Positions 1-9,305 of a stretch of DNA of 64,000 nucleotides are shown here, in pieces. A program made the translations under genes and the position numbers. The notes below the pieces were generated by a model. The model ran no database searches and was not told the origin of the DNA. It worked only from the letters and a program-made list of their open reading frames with translations. Position 1 is the first letter of the stretch. Each line of letters opens with the position of its first letter. Origin of the DNA: an uncultured virus (IMG/VR IMGVR_UViG_3300042309_000903) (lineage: Duplodnaviria; Heunggongvirae; Uroviricota; Caudoviricetes); the IMG/VR virus record IMGVR_UViG_3300042309_000903; one strand, written 5' to 3'.

Positions 1-1143
1 AACTACAAATGACACAATACCTGTTGGTGACTCTAACCCGCTTTTATCACGGAACCAGGCACTACCGCCATCCATAGCAGGTACTTGAATCCATAAACGT
101 GGGCCAATCTGGTCAGCGCGAAAATGGTGAAAGTGACCTGTAATTAAAACATCTGCTTGACCTACTGGTGTTCGACCAGTGGCTTGACCAGCAATCCACT
201 TACCCATGTCTTTTGCTTGATGGCCGTGAGCCATACCAATAATAGTTCCACCTAAATCAATTGCTAAAGTAGCGTGGTCTGGGTTTGGGTAGTAAAACTT
301 AACGTGAGACAGCGCAGGATTCTCTGCACATGCGTCTTGAACTGCCGAAACAATGTCAATCTGCCAAGAATCTGTTGGGTCTGTCATCATAATTCTATGG
401 GTTTCATCGTGGTTACCAGGAACCACTGGGACAATTAACTCGTCACATAACGGCGCAAATGCCTTAACCCAAGCCATCAAAACACGACGTCCAATTCTTA
501 CCTGCTGGGTAACTCCTAAATCGCTACGCCCCAATACCTTTCCATTTTGGCTTGTAGAGCCCTCAATACAATCCCCTAGTTGAGGCAAAACTACAGTGCC
601 TATCTTTCGCCCAATCTTCAACAACTCCTTGTGACGAGCAACAGACTCATCTATTGCTTTCATAACTCGGGCTACAGTTGCTTCTGTTCCGCCACCAGCA
701 TCTTTTCCATATTGAGTGTCACCAATCGCATAAACAGCAAACAATGGGCCAGTTGATTTATCGACTTTTGTAGGTTTCCATTTGCTAATACTTGCTACTA
801 ATTCGTTGTAATCAAGGTCTTTGTCACCACGTGCTTGATAAGCAGGTTTTACTGATACTCGTGCTGCCTCTAGCCACTCGCCGTCATATCGTTGCCAACG
901 GCTCTTTCTTACACTTACAACTATCCAAGCTTCAGGGTCTAAATCAAAATCTTTAAACATATCTACAGCATCTGGAAGTTCTCCAGCATTGTGTGGCACT
1001 GATACAAAATAACCGCCATCAGGACCAATATCTAAACGCGCCCTATAGTCTTGTGGCACGTTAGACTTTTTAACATCAGCCTCTAAACCATTTAAATCCG
1101 CTGTTATTAAAGCTTTTTTTAATGCGTTTAGTTTTTCTGACAT
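1..1143 (-). CDS. Calcineurin-like metallophosphoesterase (3' end runs off the window; absent from the ORF track)
   Basis: Manual translation from ATG at 1143 (MSEKLNALKK...), open to position 1; motifs IGDTQYG, LGDCIEG, PGNHD, AHGHQ, TGHFH. Confidence 0.85.
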   Translation of the reverse strand, partial: MSEKLNALKKALITADLNGLEADVKKSNVPQDYRARLDIGPDGGYFVSVPHNAGELPDAVDMFKDFDLDPEAWIVVSVRKSRWQRYDGEWLEAARVSVKPAYQARGDKDLDYNELVASISKWKPTKVDKSTGPLFAVYAIGDTQYGKDAGGGTEATVARVMKAIDESVARHKELLKIGRKIGTVVLPQLGDCIEGSTSQNGKVLGRSDLGVTQQVRIGRRVLMAWVKAFAPLCDELIVPVVPGNHDETHRIMMTDPTDSWQIDIVSAVQDACAENPALSHVKFYYPNPDHATLAIDLGGTIIGMAHGHQAKDMGKWIAGQATGRTPVGQADVLITGHFHHFRADQIGPRLWIQVPAMDGGSAWFRDKSGLESPTGIVSFVV

Positions 1144-1364
1144 AAGCAATACCCCCGCAAGTGTGAACGAAACGCCGTTAAACCAAGAGGCAAATAACCA
1201 CCTGCAGTTAACTCTTTCCATAACACTGCTAATTTTATGTTTTTGCTTTTTTCTTGTATTAATTTAAAAGTTTCTTGCTCTTCTTCCGAAAGTGTTTCTA
1301 TCCAAAGAGCTGTGCCACATTTAGTTGACGGCCCTTCCAAGTGCTTGCCTAGAATATCTAACAC
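1128..1364 (-). CDS. Small hypothetical protein (C-terminal H..G.C.C motif)
   Basis: GTG start at 1364 preceded by GAGGGAG; overlaps the next gene. Confidence 0.6.
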   Translation of the reverse strand: MLDILGKHLEGPSTKCGTALWIETLSEEEQETFKLIQEKSKNIKLAVLWKELTAGGYLPLGLTAFRSHLRGYCLCQKN

Positions 1365-1424
1365 GTGTGCTCCCTCGTCTTTGATGAATCTGCAACTCGT
1401 CAAAGCCTAGCACAAAAGGGCAAC

Positions 1425-1459
1425 AAAAAACCCTCGGCAGTTGAGTGCCGAGGGTTTTT
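1425..1459. terminator. Intrinsic terminator, bidirectional-looking
   Basis: aaaaaccctcggca-gttgag-tgccgagggttttt perfect stem flanked by A/T tracts. Confidence 0.85.
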
Positions 1460-1473
1460 AGGTGGGCCTGTGA

Positions 1474-1821
1474 TTAGGCCATGGAATCGTTCATTGAGTC
1501 GTCGAAGTTGGGACGTGAACGGTTCACAGCGGATGACAATAGTCTTCCGTTGCCCTGCGTAGACGTAGCTTCTGGAGCTGTGTACGAAGGCATTTTTGCT
1601 CTAATTCCATAAGTTGCGCCATTACGTCCTTGAGCATTTGGGCTCAATACGTTTGGACGTGACGGCTTTGGTTGTGCGTAAGGGTCTCCAGCAGCGGTGT
1701 TCTTTTTCTTAATAAGCGTTCCGCGCTCTGGCATTGCTACCTTTGCGTGTGCGCTAGAAGAAACTGACGGCGCTGTAGAGTTTGGAGCGATGTTCTTTGT
1801 GCTCTTGGTTGAATCTTTCAT
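1474..1821 (-). CDS. Hypothetical low-complexity protein
   Basis: ORF on the coding strand with AAGGAA SD, followed by a terminator. Confidence 0.65.
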   Translation of the reverse strand: MKDSTKSTKNIAPNSTAPSVSSSAHAKVAMPERGTLIKKKNTAAGDPYAQPKPSRPNVLSPNAQGRNGATYGIRAKMPSYTAPEATSTQGNGRLLSSAVNRSRPNFDDSMNDSMA

Positions 1822-1883
1822 TGGGTTTCCTTTGGCCTAAAGGGTTTATCAAACAATAACTGTTTTATTATTATTTGTCTGTA

Positions 1884-2168
1884 CTAACTAGCTGTAACAA
1901 CAAACACAATGGCCGAAATTTGACCATCGTGTGACTCAATTGAAGCAAAGCCCGGAATACAGACTAGGTCTAGGCCTCTTGGGGCGGTATAGCCGCGGGC
2001 AATAGCAATAGCTTTTACAGCCTGGTTTACTGCTCCTGCGCCAACGGCACGAATCTTACAAGTGCGGGTTTCATAAATACTATGGGCAATAGCAGAAGCC
2101 AGCGACTGAGGGTTGGACCCTGCGCTTACCCTTAAAATCTGCTCGTCGTCTTGTGGTGTCTCTGTCAT
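1884..2168 (-). CDS. spoVS: SpoVS family protein
   Basis: ILRVSAGSNPQSLASAIA...IRAVGAGAVNQAVKAIAIARGY...CIPGF signature. Confidence 0.9.
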   Translation of the reverse strand: MTETPQDDEQILRVSAGSNPQSLASAIAHSIYETRTCKIRAVGAGAVNQAVKAIAIARGYTAPRGLDLVCIPGFASIESHDGQISAIVFVVTAS

Positions 2169-2255
2169 GTTTTGCTCCTTGGGTTACGAATATTGTCAGG
2201 TTCAAGGAGTAATTGTGAGGTGTATTGGCAAGTTTTGCAGGGTAAACCTGACAAT

Positions 2256-2465
2256 TTATGGTCTATCTAGCGGGGTTGGGGCTAGCGCGTAAGTGCCGCA
2301 AATGGCACATTCCATCTGTAAAAGGTAAGAAGCTATCTCGTAATCCTCAAAAGAAACTTTGACATTCCATAAGCTTGACTCGCACTTGGGGCACTCGTGG
2401 CAAATCTCGTTTTCGTAACCCATAGTCCCTGTGTAATCAGGCTTTAATTGTCTAATTGAGGGCAT
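2256..2465 (-). CDS. Small zinc-ribbon protein
   Basis: CPKC...CAIC; likely start MPSIRQ at 2465. Confidence 0.65.
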   Translation of the reverse strand: MPSIRQLKPDYTGTMGYENEICHECPKCESSLWNVKVSFEDYEIASYLLQMECAICGTYALAPTPLDRP

Positions 2466-2679
2466 CGTCTTTTCTCCAACGTAAAAAAGATTTGATGTAA
2501 ACGGCGGTATACGCAACAGCGGCGAGTATAAAACCGTATTGATTAGTAGCCACTGCGTAAATAATCCACAAGCATTCGTTGAATATGAGCCATAACCATG
2601 CCCATTTCTTTTTACGACCTACAAAGTAGATACCTGTAACGCCAATTGTTGCCAATATCCAAGACCAGTACTGCATCAT
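2452..2679 (-). CDS. Small membrane protein, PnuC-like fragment
   Basis: Three hydrophobic Trp-rich helices; ATGA overlap with the upstream stop. Confidence 0.6.
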   Translation of the reverse strand: MMQYWSWILATIGVTGIYFVGRKKKWAWLWLIFNECLWIIYAVATNQYGFILAAVAYTAVYIKSFLRWRKDDALN

Positions 2680-2846
2680 CCTTGGCCGCCCCAACCGCCA
2701 CCTTTAAACTGAACTGCTGGTGGTGTCCAAACTTTGGCCATAAAATTGCCACACTTCTCACACTGAGGTCGTGTAACAGTGTCAAATGTTAAGTGCATTT
2801 CTACCGTGCTATCGCACGGAACACACGTAAAATCATATTTAGGCAT
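2676..2846 (-). CDS. FmdB-family zinc ribbon protein
   Basis: MPKYDFTCVPC...CEKCG...FKGGGW pattern. Confidence 0.8.
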   Translation of the reverse strand: MPKYDFTCVPCDSTVEMHLTFDTVTRPQCEKCGNFMAKVWTPPAVQFKGGGWGGQG

Positions 2847-2847
2847 C

Positions 2848-3420
2848 TTATTTCTCCCTGAACTTTGGGTCTTGCAGCTTATCGTACACTTCTTTTTCAA
2901 CTTCCCTACTGTGACGCCCAGAAACTAAATGAGCTAACCCGTAAGAATCAGCAGCGTTATCGTCGTTAAACTCCACGCCCCACTTTTTGTACACGCTCAA
3001 CAACATCTGGCTTTTAGACACAGAGTTGCCCTTACCTGCAACATACTTCTTAAGGTTAGTAGGGGGAACAATAAGGGGATACTGACCTTGACGGTCATTA
3101 AAGTAAGAATAAAGGCTGAGTTTTACAATTCCGCCAAGTTCTCCAGCCATATTAGCCATCTGACTACCAAAGGCGTATCCTTCCATGCAAGTGTCTTTAA
3201 TAATATTGCCTTGTTCTTCAACAACTTTAAGCGTCTCGGTAGTTGAAACGTAAACTAAAGCTAAACGGCGAATTCCCATATCTTCAAACCTTTTTACTGT
3301 GGTTATGTATGAGCCGTCGGTACCTAAAAAAGTCATAGCAAATCCACTGTATGACTGGTCAATTCCTAAATATGTCTCTACGCCTTCAGTAAGGCCTGGA
3401 CCAAATGACTTTACTTTCAT
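2848..3420 (-). CDS. RuvC-like Holliday junction resolvase
   Basis: YLGIDQS, MEGYAFG, PTNLKKY, DDNAADSYGL. Confidence 0.8.
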   Translation of the reverse strand: MKVKSFGPGLTEGVETYLGIDQSYSGFAMTFLGTDGSYITTVKRFEDMGIRRLALVYVSTTETLKVVEEQGNIIKDTCMEGYAFGSQMANMAGELGGIVKLSLYSYFNDRQGQYPLIVPPTNLKKYVAGKGNSVSKSQMLLSVYKKWGVEFNDDNAADSYGLAHLVSGRHSREVEKEVYDKLQDPKFREK

Positions 3421-3905
3421 GGAAACATTCTATCGCTGCGGTTACGTAGGCTTGAGGTGCGTCTAGTTAACTCTCTACTTACCAAAGCAGTATCTCGTTC
3501 TACGTTGTTTACCATTACTTCAAGAAGTTTGCGGTAGTTATACCGAGCAGAATGAACTTCCTTAAGCTCAACAACCTTTGGGTTTGTAGCCACATGCGCT
3601 TTTACTAATGAAGCTAAACTTTTACTTGCGTGAGACTGTAAGAAAGCAACTCCTTCTTCGTAGTCCAAACTACGTTCTGCATCACGCTCATCAATCATGG
3701 CGCAAGCAAACTGCGTAGCTAAAAAATTGTTGTAGGCAGTTAACTTTGAAAACAATAACATTAAATCTTCATCGCCAAGTTCCGTAATATCAATTGGAAG
3801 TTCTGGCGTTTCCATCTTCATAGAGGTTCTAACTTGCAACCCCTGATGCTTAAGGGTATCTAAAACAACATCTCCGTGTCCTGGTTGAATATGCATATCA
3901 GCCAT
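3417..3905 (-). CDS. Hypothetical helical protein (possible recombination mediator)
   Basis: Translationally coupled ORF in the recombination cluster. Confidence 0.6.
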   Translation of the reverse strand: MADMHIQPGHGDVVLDTLKHQGLQVRTSMKMETPELPIDITELGDEDLMLLFSKLTAYNNFLATQFACAMIDERDAERSLDYEEGVAFLQSHASKSLASLVKAHVATNPKVVELKEVHSARYNYRKLLEVMVNNVERDTALVSRELTRRTSSLRNRSDRMFP

Positions 3906-4761
3906 TGGTTTCCTCCTTGTAAGGTGTGCACTTGTAGCAGCCTACTTCACCGTTAATATTACACTCTGGTGGAGACTGCGCGTCAATTTTTAACATTAAA
4001 TCTGCACACGCTTCTAGGATTGGTGTAATCCCAAAATCACTCTTCTTAACTACAAACTCTTTTGGTTCTTGAGATGCTTTATTCTCATAAAGAAATAACG
4101 CTTCTTGAGGCTGGTGGGGCAAGTTAATTAATTCTGCTAACTTCATATACATCTGTGCCTGCATTATGTGGCTCATAAATGGAGCTTTAAGAGCCTTCCA
4201 CATAGCTTCAATCTCACCATTATGTGCGTACATCAGGTCTGGCGCCTCAAACCTAAACGTTCCTGCGCCTACAGATTTAATCTCTAACAACAACGGCTCA
4301 CCTAAGCCTAACAAAATACCGTCTGCGTGACCCGAAATTCTAAGAGGGTCGTACATTAACGACACTTCTTTGTAAGAGTGCTCTTTACCGTCACAGACTG
4401 CACATGGGTCAACGCCCATACCCCAGTTAATTAAACCGCAAGAATCGCACTCGTATTTTCCATACAAATTCCCCATCTCGTGAAAGATAGTTTGCCATCC
4501 AGCGTGGATATCGTGGCCAAGTTGAAAAACGCGTTTTTGTCTTAAACTAGTTTTGTATTTACTTGGTGGAGGGGGAAACCCTAACAGTTGAAAATAAGAA
4601 GAACGGTGACACCAGTCTGATTTAATAATTTCAGATGGGTGTAAAACAGTTGTAGAACGACTTGTATCTTTTGGCTGCGCTATTACGTGGCGCTCAACAG
4701 ACCCCAAGACTCTGCTAGGAATTTTACTTGCATTAACAAAGTCTTTTAGTGAGCCACTCAT
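3898..4761 (-). CDS. Cas4-like PD-(D/E)XK exonuclease
   Basis: HPSE..WC, GHADG...LEIKS, QAQMY, C-terminal C..C..C. Confidence 0.8.
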   Translation of the reverse strand: MSGSLKDFVNASKIPSRVLGSVERHVIAQPKDTSRSTTVLHPSEIIKSDWCHRSSYFQLLGFPPPPSKYKTSLRQKRVFQLGHDIHAGWQTIFHEMGNLYGKYECDSCGLINWGMGVDPCAVCDGKEHSYKEVSLMYDPLRISGHADGILLGLGEPLLLEIKSVGAGTFRFEAPDLMYAHNGEIEAMWKALKAPFMSHIMQAQMYMKLAELINLPHQPQEALFLYENKASQEPKEFVVKKSDFGITPILEACADLMLKIDAQSPPECNINGEVGCYKCTPYKEETNG

Positions 4762-5078
4762 GATTTGTTTTTGTTAACCCATTCTTTTAATGTTGCTCCG
4801 TGTTTTTCAGCTTTCCTTCTTAAAGCGTTTCTTTCCCTGTGGCTAAGTCCGCCCCAAATACCGTGTTGTTCGTCGTTACTTTCTGCGTAAAGTAAACAAG
4901 CAACCCTTACTGGACATTCTGGCAGACCATCTTTACCCAAGCAAATCGACTTCGCTTCATTAGCAATTACTTTATATAAATCTTTATCCCGTGGGGGAAA
5001 CCACATTTCAGTGTCGTAGCCTTTGCATTTAGCATCGTAACGCCACTTTTCTACACCTTCGTCTTCGTACAAGAGCAC
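4758..5078 (-). CDS. whiB: WhiB family Fe-S transcription regulator
   Basis: WRYDAKC...AKSIC...CPVRVAC...GIWGGLSHRER. Confidence 0.9.
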   Translation of the reverse strand: MLLYEDEGVEKWRYDAKCKGYDTEMWFPPRDKDLYKVIANEAKSICLGKDGLPECPVRVACLLYAESNDEQHGIWGGLSHRERNALRRKAEKHGATLKEWVNKNKS

Positions 5079-5389
5079 TCCTGAAGTTTATGGCGCAGCT
5101 CTAGGAAGTCGTCCTCTAGTAACAAAACATAGTTCTCTTCATTAAGATGAAAACCAAGGACAGGCGTTCGACCGTCAAGAATTGCTTCTGTAACAATCTT
5201 TTCTAGAACCGCAGCCTTTACGGATACGGAAGCTTTGCCGGTCCACTTATGCTCTACGAGCAAATCTTTAGACCTGACATCACCTTTTCGACTCCAAAAA
5301 GCTCCGCTTGCAGCAGTACGCTGTCCGCCGATTTTCTTAGCGAGTCTATCCTCGTGCTTCCTTGATTCTTTTTGTCCTTTACTCTTCAT
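5051..5389 (-). CDS. PD-(D/E)XK endonuclease / Holliday junction resolvase-like
   Basis: E..LAK..GG..T.ASGA...KGDV...LVEHK. Confidence 0.7.
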   Translation of the reverse strand: MKSKGQKESRKHEDRLAKKIGGQRTAASGAFWSRKGDVRSKDLLVEHKWTGKASVSVKAAVLEKIVTEAILDGRTPVLGFHLNEENYVLLLEDDFLELRHKLQECSCTKTKV

Positions 5390-6452
5390 CGTCAGGTTCT
5401 ACTACGTACTTAGAACCGGCTTTGACAGTCTCAAGAACATCCTTCTCCAGTGTCTCTCGGAGGTCAATCTCCTCCTTGATAGAGCTAACCATAGCATCTG
5501 CGCCTTGCCACTGTCGTTCGGCATATCGGTAGTACGCACCTGCTCGTACGATAACTTTATTGATAATGCCAAGGGCCACAATCTCCTTAGCAAAGTCGTA
5601 CTCTCCCGGGTCTACGGTCCCGCCCTCGGCAAAGTAGAAATCAATATAGCCAACCTGTGATGGTGGGGCCGACTTGTTTTTAATGGTTCGGGCTTTAATG
5701 GTCTGCCCTACACGACGCTTAGAGTCGCCAGAGCCAACCTCAATCCAGTCATCGCGCTTAATCTCAACGCGGGTAAAGTAACTGTAGTTCTTTCCTTTAC
5801 CTCCAGGGGTGGTGCGAGGGTCGCCGTACATAACACCTACACGGTCACGCCATTGGTTAATCATAATTCCAATAAATGGACGCTCCAACTCAATAAGGCT
5901 GCGCTTTGAAGCCAACCCTACCTTGCGGAAAAACTTGTTAGTTAGGAGCGCTCCTCGTCCGACGGTGTACTCATCCATTTCTTTCTCATCTTCCGCTCCT
6001 GGAACAAGAGCAGGGAGTGAGTCAATAACAATGCAATCAGCACCCTTGCTTTCAACGACTTGAATAACCGCTTCATAAGCTTCCTCCATAATATTCGTAG
6101 ATATAACAAACACTCGGTTAATGTCTACACCGCATAGCTCTGCGTAAGAAGGAACCCACTGCTCTGCAGCAACCCACACAGTTGTAAACTCTGGGTCTTT
6201 CTTTTGATTAGCAGCAATAGTTTTAAGCGCAATAGCCGTCTTACCGTTGGACTCTTCGCCAACAATTTCATGCCATTGATTGGTTGGCCAACCCCCACCT
6301 AACGCTACATCTAACGCAAGTGAGCCTGTTGTAACACGACCGATTAGGTCGTCTCTTATGTCTGTTCCAATTACTACTGTTTCTGGCCCAAACTTTTTAT
6401 TTAACTTAGCAATTACTTTTAATAGTTCTGGATTCATTGTTGACTTGGTCAT
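5379..6452 (-). CDS. recA: RecA recombinase
   Basis: TGSLALDVALGGG, GEESNGKT (Walker A), IVIDS, INQWR, TPGGKG. Confidence 0.93.
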   Translation of the reverse strand: MTKSTMNPELLKVIAKLNKKFGPETVVIGTDIRDDLIGRVTTGSLALDVALGGGWPTNQWHEIVGEESNGKTAIALKTIAANQKKDPEFTTVWVAAEQWVPSYAELCGVDINRVFVISTNIMEEAYEAVIQVVESKGADCIVIDSLPALVPGAEDEKEMDEYTVGRGALLTNKFFRKVGLASKRSLIELERPFIGIMINQWRDRVGVMYGDPRTTPGGKGKNYSYFTRVEIKRDDWIEVGSGDSKRRVGQTIKARTIKNKSAPPSQVGYIDFYFAEGGTVDPGEYDFAKEIVALGIINKVIVRAGAYYRYAERQWQGADAMVSSIKEEIDLRETLEKDVLETVKAGSKYVVEPDDEE

Positions 6453-6802
6453 TACTCAAGCTTACCAATAATTGTTGTTGGGTTCCAACCGCCAGTCTCT
6501 ACCTGTACAGCGGCTTGAACAGGGCCTGTTGGCTGAGGACCGCTTACTATGCCCTTACCCATACCTGAACCGCTTTGCTGAATTGGGTATCCACAGTCGT
6601 AACAACGCGCTCTACCGCCACCAGCAGCAGAGTAGTTACCACTTCCACATCCAGGACAGTTGTTAGATGCAACTGGTGGTGTGTACTGAGGCTGCTGTGG
6701 CTGTTGTGGTTGATACGTAGGTTGCGGTAGTTGAGTTGCTTCTGGTCTTGGCGCTGGGGTAGTTCCTAGTTTATTAGCCCACCAATTACTACTCATCTTC
6801 AT
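6452..6802 (-). CDS. Hypothetical protein with P/Q-rich linker and zinc ribbon
   Basis: CPGCGS...RCYDCGY. Confidence 0.65.
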   Translation of the reverse strand: MKMSSNWWANKLGTTPAPRPEATQLPQPTYQPQQPQQPQYTPPVASNNCPGCGSGNYSAAGGGRARCYDCGYPIQQSGSGMGKGIVSGPQPTGPVQAAVQVETGGWNPTTIIGKLE

Positions 6803-7244
6803 CCTCCTTGTTTGCTCCGTAAATAGATAAAAAGTTATATGACTTGTTTAAAAACCCTAACTCAAGTGCTGCAGAAAAAGCTGCAACCAAAGCAGCAAAT
6901 GAAACCTGTTGATACAAGCCTTCCATTAAATCAGGTTCGATATCAGAAACGTCATCTGTCTCTATATCTTGTAATTGAATTGTACTTATAGCCTTAGCGT
7001 TAATTGCGGCAATCATCTCAAAGAAAGGAAGAAGACCCATTATTTCGTCTACGCGAGTCTCGCTTTCACCCATCTCATACTCTTCGCCTTCTTTACTTAC
7101 AGGCATTAAATCAAAAGCGCGAAATAAATCATTAGGCTCTTCAATACCTAAGTCATAGCAATACCATCTAATTAACGTACTGAGCGGAACTGTATTACTG
7201 TACACACGAGGCTCGTCGTTTTTTTTCCAAAACTTCCAACTCAC
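6789..7244 (-). CDS. Hypothetical protein
   Basis: GTGA overlap with the polA stop. Confidence 0.65.
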   Translation of the reverse strand: MSWKFWKKNDEPRVYSNTVPLSTLIRWYCYDLGIEEPNDLFRAFDLMPVSKEGEEYEMGESETRVDEIMGLLPFFEMIAAINAKAISTIQLQDIETDDVSDIEPDLMEGLYQQVSFAALVAAFSAALELGFLNKSYNFLSIYGANKEDEDE

Positions 7245-9220
7245 TTTGCTTCTCCCCAACGTTGAACTGTTTTGATATCAGCAATTAGTGGGACGTTTAA
7301 AATGTCTATGCCTTCCATTGCAGTTCTGATGGCGTCCTCGGTTTCCTTAACAAGATGGTCTGGGCACAGCGTAACTAGTTCATCGTGGACGGTCAAGATT
7401 AGCTTAGATTCTTCGGGAAGTAGCCCGTGAGCCCGAACCATAGCCAATTTAATAATATCTGCTGCTGACCCCTGGATTCTAGTGTTAAAAGCTTGACGTT
7501 CAGCTCCAGCTCTAATCATGCGGTCGTTAGAGTTAATCTCAGGAAGGTAACGCTTACGCCCTAAAATGGTATAAACATACGCTGGGTTGCTAGCACGAGT
7601 AACCGCCAAAACCTTTAATCGGTACTTGTTTACAGCAGAAAAAGTCTTAGAGAAGTCACCAAGCAGGTCCTTAGCCTCTGTTACAGAACAACCAATAGAA
7701 CGAGCAATCTTATCTGGACCAACACCATACGCCATGGAAAGAACAAGAACCTTTCCAGCCTTTCGGTCAACTCCCATGGTGTCTCCGACTGTGGTGTATA
7801 TGTCTTTACCTTCTAAATAATTAGCCATCATAATTGGGTCCTCAGACATAGAGGCAATAACTCTAGGCTCAATCTGAGAGTAGTCAGCCACAACTAACTT
7901 GTAACCCTCTGGCGCATAAAACAAGTTACGAATAGATTTGCCGTGAACCGTGTGAGGAGCAGGTACGTTTTGAAGATTAGGGTTACGGCTTGAGAACCGA
8001 CCTGTCTCAGCGCCATGCTGAATAAAATCACAATGAATTCGACCGTTTATAAGAAGGCTGTCTTTATGCTCAACCTTAGACTTTCCGCCAGTAGTTCGTG
8101 TTACGTCTCCACCTAAATAAGGAACTACATATGTAGTAAGCAACTTGTTTAAGTCTGCGTAAATAAGTAAAGCAGTAACCAGCGGGTCTTTATCTCTATA
8201 AGGCTCTAGTGCCTCTGCTGCAACAGAGTAATCTGCGTAAGTTAACTCTTTACCCTCTTTATCCCGTGTATTTCCACGCAAGGTAAGCACCTTGGGAGTT
8301 AGGCCTCTACCGCCTTCTGCCTTAGGTGCATACAATAAATACTGCTTCTCTTGGTTTGAGTTCATATTGAACTGACGCCCAGCGGCAATAAAGACATCTG
8401 CTTTAGCTTTTTCAATATCTTCTACAAGTTTTTCGTGAAGCTCCTCTAAAACAACCATATCAATTGGTGCCCCAGTAAGCTTCATAGAACATAGGACGTT
8501 TAAAACATCCATCTCTAACTTCATTACTTTTTGAAGGTTGCTCTCAGTGAGTCGTGGGTTTAAATTCTTCCACAATAAAAACGTGTACTTTGCGTCAAGG
8601 TAGGCATACTTTGCTACGTCAGTAAATGAGTGCTTTTCTACCTCTTTACCGACACCCTTAACCATGTGATAACCAAACTCACGTGCTAAAGAATCTGCTA
8701 GGCCTACTTTATTTTTGTTCTTGTTATCTAAAATAAAAGAACCAATCATCGTGTCAAAGTACGGACCTACTGGGTACTTGTTCCCGTAATACTTTGCTAC
8801 GGAGGTTAAATCAAAGAGTAAGTTGTGCCCTATCTTTAAAATATCAGGGTCAAACATAAGTGGCTCTAAAGCCTTAAACACATCGGCAGGAAATAACTGT
8901 TGTGGCGCATCGCCAAAAACATACGTTGCTTTTTTAGCGTCTCTAGAATAATCACTAGGTCTGGCAGGGAGCCCCTTTTCTACGCGTTTTTCTCCCTGAC
9001 CAGTTAGTGGGTAAACCACATCTAGTAACTCTCCGTGAGGATGTCCCATTGGGATAACGTCTGCTCGCCCGTGTGTGGCTAACGTAATCCACAAAACCTC
9101 ATTTATTGGAGTATCACCACGACGGTCACCTACAGTTTCAACGTCGTACGCAAAAGCATCAACCTTTGAGTAGTGGTCGACTAGTTCTTGTAGTTGTTTT
9201 TGAGTCGTAATGATATTCAT
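7241..9220 (-). CDS. polA: Family A DNA polymerase with 3'-5' exonuclease (no 5'-3' exonuclease)
   Basis: YDVET, GHNLLFD, YAYLDA; ADYSQIEPR, RKAGKVLVLSMAYG, VHDEL. Confidence 0.95.
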   Translation of the reverse strand: MNIITTQKQLQELVDHYSKVDAFAYDVETVGDRRGDTPINEVLWITLATHGRADVIPMGHPHGELLDVVYPLTGQGEKRVEKGLPARPSDYSRDAKKATYVFGDAPQQLFPADVFKALEPLMFDPDILKIGHNLLFDLTSVAKYYGNKYPVGPYFDTMIGSFILDNKNKNKVGLADSLAREFGYHMVKGVGKEVEKHSFTDVAKYAYLDAKYTFLLWKNLNPRLTESNLQKVMKLEMDVLNVLCSMKLTGAPIDMVVLEELHEKLVEDIEKAKADVFIAAGRQFNMNSNQEKQYLLYAPKAEGGRGLTPKVLTLRGNTRDKEGKELTYADYSVAAEALEPYRDKDPLVTALLIYADLNKLLTTYVVPYLGGDVTRTTGGKSKVEHKDSLLINGRIHCDFIQHGAETGRFSSRNPNLQNVPAPHTVHGKSIRNLFYAPEGYKLVVADYSQIEPRVIASMSEDPIMMANYLEGKDIYTTVGDTMGVDRKAGKVLVLSMAYGVGPDKIARSIGCSVTEAKDLLGDFSKTFSAVNKYRLKVLAVTRASNPAYVYTILGRKRYLPEINSNDRMIRAGAERQAFNTRIQGSAADIIKLAMVRAHGLLPEESKLILTVHDELVTLCPDHLVKETEDAIRTAMEGIDILNVPLIADIKTVQRWGEAK

Positions 9221-9233
9221 GTAAATCCCCTTT

Positions 9234-9294
9234 AAAAAGCCTAAGGACTGGGAACTCCAGAAAGGGGGTGAAAGAAAGCCCCCAGCCCTTAGAC
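9234..9294 (-). terminator. Long hairpin with CU-rich loop plus U-tract, between ssb and polA
   Basis: gtctaagggctggg...cccagtccttaggc-ttttt on the minus strand. Confidence 0.65.
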
Positions 9295-9305
9295 AGCTAG
9301 TTTGC

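Noticed and set aside
3898..4761. Cas4 as part of a CRISPR-Cas system
   Set aside because: No array or other cas genes; a stand-alone Cas4-like nuclease beside recA is normal for phages.
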